Shown: one piece after another, positions 17,221-24,087 of the stretch | How positions within the stretch are numbered: position 1 is the stretch's first letter | Layout of the letters: each line of letters starts with the position of its first letter | Assembly (NCBI GenBank): GCA_043778225.1 | Contig: JAYWGM010000092.1 | Location: 4,842 to 68,841, forward strand | Origin: Deinococcales bacterium | Lineage (GTDB): Bacteria > Deinococcota > Deinococci > Deinococcales > JAAFIG01 | Direction of reading: 5' to 3' | DNA: 64,000 nt | Notes under the pieces: generated by a model | Seen by the model: the letters and a program-made list of their open reading frames with translations, nothing else | Databases searched by the model: none | What the model was told of the DNA's origin: nothing | Position numbers and translations under genes: made by a program

Positions 17221-17683
17221 GGGGTAAAAGGTCAAAAGGAGAAAAGGTAAAAAGTGGATGTCCGAGATAGGGTTGAACGATTTGAAGACTTGATGGTTTG
17301 GCAAAAAGCTCGAGTTTTGACTAAGGAAGTTTACCGAATGACAAGTATAGGACAGTTCGCTCGAGATTTTGGGCTGAGTCAACAGATTCAGCGTGCTTCT
17401 GTGTCCATGATGTCAAATTTAGCCGAGGGATTTGAACGAGGAGGACGTGCAGAGTTTCATCAGTTTATTGTGATTGCTAAGGCATCATGTGCAGAAGTTC
17501 GTTGTCAACTCTACATTGCCTTAGATGTTGGCTACATCAATCAACTTGAGTTTGATGCCTTAAAAATCAAAGCCGAAGAAATCTCCAAACTCCTAAGCCG
17601 CCTAAAATCTTCTGTCGCCGCCCAACTCAAAAAGAACTAACCACCACAACCTTTTAACCTTTTTCCCCTTTGCCCTTTTCACC
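17221..17683 (+). other. hairpin-bounded insertion carrying the four-helix-bundle gene (IVS-like element)
   Basis: Left arm GGGGTAAAAGGTCAAAAGGAGAAAAGGTAAAAAGTGG (17221-17257). Right arm CCACCACAACCTTTTAACCTTTTTCCCCTTTGCCCTTTTCACC (17641-17683). The arms are imperfectly complementary and belong to the same word family as 14767-14823. Confidence 0.6.
17254..17640 (+). CDS. four-helix-bundle protein ('23S rRNA intervening sequence protein' family, Avd-like)
   Basis: '[21 protein letters not shown]...[47 protein letters not shown]' is the characteristic signature. GTG start inside the left arm. Confidence 0.8.
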   Translation: MDVRDRVERFEDLMVWQKARVLTKEVYRMTSIGQFARDFGLSQQIQRASVSMMSNLAEGFERGGRAEFHQFIVIAKASCAEVRCQLYIALDVGYINQLEFDALKIKAEEISKLLSRLKSSVAAQLKKN

Positions 17684-17700
17684 TCTCCGAAGGAGTCTCC

Positions 17701-18489
17701 ATGTACACAGCCGAATTTGATTACCACAAAGTCTCGAGTGTTGCCGATGCACTGGCAGCCTTGGCAGCCAATCCAGATGCCAAATTATTAGCCGGTGGGC
17801 ATTCGCTAATTCCTACTATGAAGTTACGCCTTGCCGCCCCAAGTGCTTTAATAGATGTCTCGAGTATCGCGGGGCTAAAAGGCATTCGACTCGAGGGTGA
17901 CAGCATCATCATTGGTGCGATGACCACCCACCGCGAGCTTGAACACTCGAGTTTGCTCAAAGAAAAATGCCGTATTCTGCCTGAGCAAGCTGCCCTGATT
18001 GGCGACCCGATGGTTCGCAACAAAGGTACAATCGGTGGGGCATTGGCGCACGCCGACCCAGCTGCCGATTATCCAGCCAGTATGCTAGCACTTGGTGCGA
18101 AAATGAAAATCGAAGGCTCGAGTGGGGCTAGGGTTGTGAATGCTGACGAGTTCTTCGTTGGGATGTTCCAAACAGCCGTTCTCGAGGGTGAGATGCTGAC
18201 CGAAATTCATATCCCGAGCAACACGCTAGGCAGTGCTTATGAAAAGTTCGCTCACCCTGCCAGTCGCTATGCAATTGTTGGCGTGGCAGTGGTCAAGCAC
18301 TCAGATGGTTCAACTCGAGCCGCCCTGACAGGTGCAGGAGCTTGTGCTGTGCGTTTACCGAAACTCGAGGCAGGGGAGACCACGGGTTTGATTGCCGCTT
18401 CGGAGTTGCTGTCTGACCATTTTGCCAGTGCCGAATACAGAGCGCATTTGGTGGATGTGATGGCGCGAAAAGCCTTGGCTCGAGTTTAA
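17701..18489 (+). CDS. coxM: FAD-binding medium subunit (CoxM-like)
   Basis: 'LLAGGHSLIPTMKLRL' and 'TIGGALAHADPAADYP' are FAD-binding PCMH-type motifs. Confidence 0.85.
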   Translation: MYTAEFDYHKVSSVADALAALAANPDAKLLAGGHSLIPTMKLRLAAPSALIDVSSIAGLKGIRLEGDSIIIGAMTTHRELEHSSLLKEKCRILPEQAALIGDPMVRNKGTIGGALAHADPAADYPASMLALGAKMKIEGSSGARVVNADEFFVGMFQTAVLEGEMLTEIHIPSNTLGSAYEKFAHPASRYAIVGVAVVKHSDGSTRAALTGAGACAVRLPKLEAGETTGLIAASELLSDHFASAEYRAHLVDVMARKALARV

Positions 18490-18501
18490 GGTTTTGAATT
18501 G

Positions 18502-18534
18502 GCTGAGGCGGCTTTTTGTCGTCTCAGCTTTTCA
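18502..18534 (+). terminator. rho-independent terminator after coxM
   Basis: 9-bp stem GCTGAGGCG/CGTCTCAGC (one G-U pair) followed by TTTTC. Confidence 0.55.
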
Positions 18535-18649
18535 TTCTCAAGCCCGTCGTCTAAACCAACGTCTGCCCATTCCATTATTTCGCTTGGACTAAAATTTTGA
18601 ATTTCTTTTTCTATCGTCTCGAGACGGCTCATACTTGGTAGTATAGCGC

Positions 18650-20905
18650 ATGAGCGAATTTACCCACCTTGGTAAGGGTCGAAAAATTATTGATGGTCTC
18701 GAGAAAATTCTGGGTCAAGCGCAGTACGTGGCTGACCTTGAGTTCGCTGGAATGCTGCATATCAAATTGGTGCTGAGTGTTTATGCTCATGCCAAAATTA
18801 GGGCGTTGCATCTCGAGGCGGCAAAAGCCATGGATGGAGTCGTGGCGGTGCTCACTTTTGATGATTTACCAACCCGCCATAAAATTATCAATTCGCGTTC
18901 CAGTGCGGTTTTGGCGCGGGATGTGGTGCTGTTTGCGGGTCAACCGATTGTGGCTGTGGTGGCAAAAACCGCCGAACTGGCTGCCGATGCTGCTAGCTTG
19001 ATTGACATCGAGTATGAAGAATTGCCAGTTGTGCCAGACATGGCAGCTTCTCGAGCCGAGCAGATTATTGTGTGGCAAAACGGTGTGCCAAAAGAAGGAG
19101 CGGATTTAACCTCTTTGCATGGCGATACGGCGGTTGGAGCATCACAACAGATTACGGGGTCAAACATTCTTGAGTCAAAAACCTTCTCGAGGGGTGATGT
19201 GGGGGCTGCTTTTGCCAGTGCCGATATTATTCTCGAGCAGACGTTTTCTACGCCGTGGGTGCATCAGGCATACCTCGAGCCTCATGCAGCTGTGGTTGTG
19301 CCGGGGACAGAATTAACAGTCTACTCGAGTACCCAAGGGCAGTTTGCGGTGCGTTCCGAAGTGGCACGGCTTTTGGGGATGCCCGAACGCAAGGTGCGGG
19401 TTGTACCAATGACGGTCGGCGGTGGTTTTGGGGCAAAATATGGGTTAATCGAACCGCTTGTGGCGGCAATTGCAGTGGCGCTGAATAGACCAGTCAAAAT
19501 GGTTTTAACCCGAAGTGAAGACATGATGACCACCACTCCTGCTCCAGCCACCGAATTTAAGGCACGGCTGGCAGCAAATTCAAATGGCGATTTATTGGCG
19601 CTCGAGACCGATGTGGATATGGACAATGGTGTTTTTCCATTTGGCTTTGGCAGTATTGTAGCCATGCTTTTTGGTGGCACGTACAAATGCCCGAGTTTCC
19701 GAGCTACGATTCGGCAATTGGCAACCCATAAGCCGCAAGGCGGAGCATACCGTGCGCCCGGAGCGCCCCAAGTCGCCTTTGTTCTCGAGAGTTTAGTAGA
19801 TGAACTGGTGCGTCGCGTCAAAGCCGACCCAATCACATGGCGGCTGCGTCATGCGGTTGTGGCTGGCGACCCAACTGGAACAGGGGCAACTTGGGGTGGA
19901 ATTGGTATGCGCGATGTTCTCGAGGCAGCCCAAAAACATCCAATCTTGACTGCGCCTCGAGAACCAAATGTGGGTCTTGGCATTGCCGTTGGCGCGTGGG
20001 GTGGGGCATTTTCCCCGGCTGGTGCGGTTTGCCGCATTGAACCAGACGGCACAGTGCGGCTTCAAGTGGGCAGCGTGGACATCAGTGGGGTGCATAGTTC
20101 CTTGGTGTTGGTGGTTGCTGAAACGTTAAGCATTGAACCCGAAAGTATCGAACTGGTGCAGGGCGATACCAACATGGGTCCATATGCCCCTGCTTCGGGC
20201 GGTTCGCAAGTCACGGTTAGTGTCTCGGGCGCGGTGCTGGATGCCTCGAATAGTGTTAAACAACAACTTCTTAAACTGGCAGCCTCCGAACTCGAGGCGC
20301 ACATCGAAGATTTAGAACTTAAAAACGGTCAAGCCCAAGTCAAAGGCGTGCCAGACCGTGGTATCACGATTGCCAAACTGGCTGGAATTGCCCAACGCAA
20401 AGCTGGTGGCGATGGTCCAATTGTCGCCCAAGGACGCAGTGCCATGAAATCTGGTGCGCCCGGCTTTGCGGTTCACTTGGCAAAAGTTCACGTTGACCCA
20501 GAGACTGGTTTTGTTACACCACTCCAGCAAGTTGCTATTCAAGATGTTGGTTTTGCCTTAAATCCAACCCTTGTCCAAGGGCAAATGCACGGCGGTACAG
20601 CCCAAGGCATCGGCATGGGTTTATACGAAGCTATGCGTCACGACCAAGTTGGTGGTCACAGCACCGCCAATTTTCTCGAGTACGCTTTTCCACGCGCCAC
20701 TGATATTCCGCCACTCGAGACGACGATGGTACAAAACCCGTCTGACGCTGCTCCGTTTGGCGCTCGAGTGGTTGGCGAACCGCCACTTGTGCCGGGTGCA
20801 GCCGCGATTTGCAATGCGATTTTTGATGCCGTCGGGGTGCGGATTCTCGAGCTACCCGCCAAGCCCGAAACCATTTGGCGTGAGATGAAAAGGTTAAAAG
20901 GTTAA
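18650..20905 (+). CDS. second xanthine dehydrogenase-family molybdopterin-binding subunit
   Basis: 751 aa with 'GGGFGAKYG' and 'GGAYRAPGAPQ'. It has its own -10 box (TAGTAT, 18639-18644) 5 nt before the ATG. Confidence 0.8.
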   Translation: MSEFTHLGKGRKIIDGLEKILGQAQYVADLEFAGMLHIKLVLSVYAHAKIRALHLEAAKAMDGVVAVLTFDDLPTRHKIINSRSSAVLARDVVLFAGQPIVAVVAKTAELAADAASLIDIEYEELPVVPDMAASRAEQIIVWQNGVPKEGADLTSLHGDTAVGASQQITGSNILESKTFSRGDVGAAFASADIILEQTFSTPWVHQAYLEPHAAVVVPGTELTVYSSTQGQFAVRSEVARLLGMPERKVRVVPMTVGGGFGAKYGLIEPLVAAIAVALNRPVKMVLTRSEDMMTTTPAPATEFKARLAANSNGDLLALETDVDMDNGVFPFGFGSIVAMLFGGTYKCPSFRATIRQLATHKPQGGAYRAPGAPQVAFVLESLVDELVRRVKADPITWRLRHAVVAGDPTGTGATWGGIGMRDVLEAAQKHPILTAPREPNVGLGIAVGAWGGAFSPAGAVCRIEPDGTVRLQVGSVDISGVHSSLVLVVAETLSIEPESIELVQGDTNMGPYAPASGGSQVTVSVSGAVLDASNSVKQQLLKLAASELEAHIEDLELKNGQAQVKGVPDRGITIAKLAGIAQRKAGGDGPIVAQGRSAMKSGAPGFAVHLAKVHVDPETGFVTPLQQVAIQDVGFALNPTLVQGQMHGGTAQGIGMGLYEAMRHDQVGGHSTANFLEYAFPRATDIPPLETTMVQNPSDAAPFGARVVGEPPLVPGAAAICNAIFDAVGVRILELPAKPETIWREMKRLKG

Positions 20906-21029
20906 AAGGGGGAGTAGGTTTTTACTTCTTGACCATATACACGCACCCATCTTGGGCAGCACCTTCTTGCTCACAAGACAGCACCTATCGGGCTGCTTGC
21001 GCTTCGTGCATGGTCGCTTTTAACCTTTT
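20888..21029. repeat. third GGTTAAAAGG-family inverted repeat, enclosing ~100 bp of non-coding DNA
   Basis: AAAAGGTTAAAAG occurs in tandem (20888-20900 and 20896-20908), and its exact complement CTTTTAACCTTTT lies at 21017-21029. The site is between convergent genes. Confidence 0.7.
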
Positions 21030-21047
21030 CTACTTTTCCCCTAGACC

Positions 21048-22493
21048 TCAGTCTAGATTAAACTCCATGCTATCAAAGACATCCTGAGTGGCATGGCGGA
21101 CGGTGGGGGTGTCTGGGGCTTGATAAAACTCGCCTTGAAAAAAGCCTCGAGTCAGTTTTTGCACCACGGGCATCAGAATAAATAAAGCGATGATGTTTGG
21201 CACTGCCATGATAGCCAATAAAAATTCGGCACTCGAGAGAAAGCTGCCATATTCGACCACAATAAATGGCGCAAGAAAAACCATCCCGACCCAGACCAAA
21301 CGCAACGACCAACGCAAGCCATCGCCAAATAAATGCCCAAAGGCTTCTTCGGCATAGAGCGCCCATGCGATGGTGGTGGCGATGGCAAATAGCGTAATCA
21401 CGACGGCTAATGTGCCTGTGCCTAAGCCTGCCAGTTGCTCGTTAAAGTTTGTGCCAACCACCCCAAGGCTACGAAAAGCACTGGTCACGGTTTCGGCTGG
21501 AATGGCTTCACCCATGCCTTGCCAAACGGCTGGCACGGTTAAAACCGCCAGAGCCGTTAAACTCGAGACCATCAGTGCCACAAAAACCTCGACCACGCCC
21601 CAAAAACCTTGACGCACAGGATGATCAACTTGGGCTTGAGCGTGAGCGATACTCGAGACCCCTAAGCCCGCCCCAGTGGCAAAAATACTGCGGGCAAAAC
21701 CTTGCGAAACAATTGCAAAAAGTGCATAGCCCGTGCCGCCAGCCGCCGCCGCATTAAAAGAAATTACGCCTGTAAAAATACTGGCAAAAGCACTGGGGAG
21801 AACCGCAAAATTTTTAATGATTAAACCAATCGCTAAAACTGCATAAATACCCAGCATTAAAGGAAATAATACTTGTGCCACTCGAGCAATTCGGGTTGCG
21901 CCACCGCCGATAATCAGCAGCACAATAATTGCCATCACCAGACTCGAGAAGACTGGGCGCAGTTCAAAACTGGCTTCAAGGGCGGTGGTTGCCCCCGAAA
22001 TTTGCGCTAAATTGCCAAGTGCAAAAGCGGCAATAATTGCCAAGACCGAAAAAGCTGCTCCTAAAAACTTGCCAATCGGGGCTGGAAAAACGCCTCGAGC
22101 AATGTACAAAAACGGACCACCCAAAATACTGCCATCGCTGTAGATTCGCCGTAAATGCTGTGCCAAGACAACCTCGCCGTATTTGAGTGCCATTGCCAGC
22201 AGACCAAAAACCCACATCCATAAAATTGCACCCGGACCACCCAGTAAAATGCCAGCCGTGACCCCGACAATGCTGCCCGTGCCAACTGTGCCGCACAGGG
22301 CAATCATGGTGGCTTGATAGGCTGTGATTTGACCACTCGAGCCAAAGTGTCGTTCACGGATTGCGCCAATCGTTTCGGTAATAATCAGACCAAGTTTTGA
22401 GAACTGGATTCCACCACTGATAACCGTATATAAAATGGCTGCCAGCAGTAGTGGCACAACAAGGATTAAGGTGCGGAGCAAATCTGGACTCAT
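21048..22493 (-). CDS. alanine/glycine:cation symporter (AGCS family)
   Basis: 481-aa polytopic protein; 'GGPGAILWMWVFGLLAMALKYGEVVLA' is the AGCS signature. Confidence 0.85.
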   Translation of the reverse strand: MSPDLLRTLILVVPLLLAAILYTVISGGIQFSKLGLIITETIGAIRERHFGSSGQITAYQATMIALCGTVGTGSIVGVTAGILLGGPGAILWMWVFGLLAMALKYGEVVLAQHLRRIYSDGSILGGPFLYIARGVFPAPIGKFLGAAFSVLAIIAAFALGNLAQISGATTALEASFELRPVFSSLVMAIIVLLIIGGGATRIARVAQVLFPLMLGIYAVLAIGLIIKNFAVLPSAFASIFTGVISFNAAAAGGTGYALFAIVSQGFARSIFATGAGLGVSSIAHAQAQVDHPVRQGFWGVVEVFVALMVSSLTALAVLTVPAVWQGMGEAIPAETVTSAFRSLGVVGTNFNEQLAGLGTGTLAVVITLFAIATTIAWALYAEEAFGHLFGDGLRWSLRLVWVGMVFLAPFIVVEYGSFLSSAEFLLAIMAVPNIIALFILMPVVQKLTRGFFQGEFYQAPDTPTVRHATQDVFDSMEFNLD

Positions 22494-22564
22494 GACTCTA
22501 CTGTATCAGGATTCAGGCTGTGCTGCACTTTCTGGAGTTATCTTGTTGCATCCGATGGGAGACA

Positions 22565-23401
22565 TCAGCGTGTTCCACCCGATGGGACGACCCGAATTTT
22601 CATGCCTCGAGCCACTTTGAGTTTTTTCATCGCCACTTCTGCCATTTGTATCCGCCCAAGGCTATTTTCTCGACCACGCACCCGAAACATTTGCCGCTCA
22701 CCTTTTGGGGTGATAATTGTGGCTAAGACCGTGCCATAAATTGCTTTCCACTGGTCATAAAGGCTTTGGTCAACAAAAATCGTGGCTTCGTCGGGACTAT
22801 AAATCGGTAAGACCATCAACTCGAGCGGTTCGGTAATCTGGCTGGCAGAACCGAGTAAAATTTGCCGTTCGTTGGTCAATTCGACCAGGATTTCGGCAGT
22901 TCGGCGCGGTGGTAAGTCGCAACCATGAATAATTTCCTCGATATTGCTTTTCCCATTGACCAAGCCAATCACCTCAAGCCGTTCGGGGTTGGTGCTGCTT
23001 GGTGCGACCCCAGCCCACTGTGGCGAGAGCATCCAGTTTTTTAAGCGCCCACGAATTTTTTTCCACTCGAGGTTTTCGCTGTGCAGTTCTAAAAGTAAAA
23101 GTTGGGTGGGACGGTCAATGCTCTGTTCGTTGGGTAATTTATTTTCAAAAAACTCAAAAGCAGCACTGGGAAAGCTCGAGATGATACTGAGCGCCCGTTC
23201 ACCCTTGGATGGTGGATAGACGGCATGGACAATTCGCCCATTGATGACGCTAATCAGTCCGCCTTGGGCATACTCGAGTCGCACCGAACCCGTGCGGGCA
23301 TCGCGTTGCAGCATTTGCAGCACCCCAACCAAGGGAAAATCTGCGACATTTCCTTTTAGCACAACGCTGCTCTCATGGATGGCGATTATGACACGCTTCA
23401 C
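22565..23401 (-). CDS. DUF4388 (PatA-N-like) domain protein
   Basis: 'LKGNVADFPLVGVLQMLQRDARTGSVRL' is the DUF4388 signature. GTG 23401 is preferred as start; the longer ATG starts (23433 and 23455) lie inside the 22-bp tandem repeat. Confidence 0.55.
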   Translation of the reverse strand: MKRVIIAIHESSVVLKGNVADFPLVGVLQMLQRDARTGSVRLEYAQGGLISVINGRIVHAVYPPSKGERALSIISSFPSAAFEFFENKLPNEQSIDRPTQLLLLELHSENLEWKKIRGRLKNWMLSPQWAGVAPSSTNPERLEVIGLVNGKSNIEEIIHGCDLPPRRTAEILVELTNERQILLGSASQITEPLELMVLPIYSPDEATIFVDQSLYDQWKAIYGTVLATIITPKGERQMFRVRGRENSLGRIQMAEVAMKKLKVARGMKIRVVPSGGTR

Positions 23402-23417
23402 TTCAAATGCAAATATC

Positions 23418-23466
23418 GTATGGCACAGTTCATGGTGTTGTATGGCACAGTTCATGGTGTTGTATG
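23418..23466. repeat. 22-bp tandem repeat, 2.2 copies
   Basis: GTATGGCACAGTTCATGGTGTT occurs twice (23418-23439 and 23440-23461), followed by GTATG. It lies in the divergent region between the DUF4388 and thioesterase genes. Confidence 0.9.
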
Positions 23467-23475
23467 CTTTGTTTT

Positions 23476-23877
23476 ATGCCAGTTAAACAATCACAGACTC
23501 GGTTTCGGGTACGTTACGCCGAAACCGATGCCATGGGTATCGCCCATCACAGTAATTATTTGATTTGGCTCGAGATGGGCAGGGTAGAATTTTTGACCCA
23601 ACTTGGGCTGCCATACCGCGAAGTCGAAAAGCGTGGGGTCTTGTTGGTGGTCAGTGGCGCAGCCGTCAAATACCGCCGCCCAGCGATATTTGACGATGAG
23701 CTTTTATTGACCACTCGAGTCGGCGCACTCAAATCGCGTTTGATTCGTTTTGAATACGCCATCGAACGCACCCACGACTCAGCTTTAATTGCCGAAGGTT
23801 CGACCGAGCATATCGCTACCGATTTTGAGAAGCGTGCCATTCCAATTCCACAGTATTTGCGCGAATTGCTCGAGTAA
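23476..23877 (+). CDS. acyl-CoA thioesterase, 4HBT/YbgC family
   Basis: 'RVRYAETDAMGIAHHSNYLIWLEMGRVEFL' is the hot-dog fold 4HBT signature. Confidence 0.8.
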   Translation: MPVKQSQTRFRVRYAETDAMGIAHHSNYLIWLEMGRVEFLTQLGLPYREVEKRGVLLVVSGAAVKYRRPAIFDDELLLTTRVGALKSRLIRFEYAIERTHDSALIAEGSTEHIATDFEKRAIPIPQYLRELLE

Positions 23878-24087
23878 TCTATGCTATACTTAAAGTCGTG
23901 GTTAGCCAATTGTCAGTCTGCAACCCTTAATTTACCAACCAAAAAATGTGCATTTGGTCGCCCTGCGCTAGACTAATGTGCCGCCCAAGGAGTCATCATT
24001 AGCACGTCATCTCGTCCTGTTCGTCCACGCCGCAGCAAAAACTTTTCCGAAATAGCGCCGCTTTTTGAAGCCCCAGCCCCAGAACCC

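Noticed and set aside
17254-17640. The four-helix-bundle protein as the Avd accessory protein of a diversity-generating retroelement.
   Set aside because: No reverse transcriptase, template repeat or variable repeat is visible anywhere nearby. The flanks are the GGTNAAAAGG hairpin arms.
19321-19836. Long antisense or alternative-frame ORFs inside large genes. Examples: 19321-19836, 24132-24557, 26424-26895, 42549-43277, 43187-43657, 5648-6019, 5813-6223, 32267-33259 and 51665-52103.
   Set aside because: They lie opposite to, or out of frame with, genes that have strong family signatures. They have biased low-complexity composition (Arg/Ala/Pro/Ser-rich) and no motifs, which is typical of shadow ORFs.
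23418-23466. CRISPR array, considered also for 9876-9920 and 55861-55969.
   Set aside because: There are only two copies each. Two are directly tandem with no spacers and the third has a single 33-bp spacer. There are no cas genes, and the repeats overlap coding starts.
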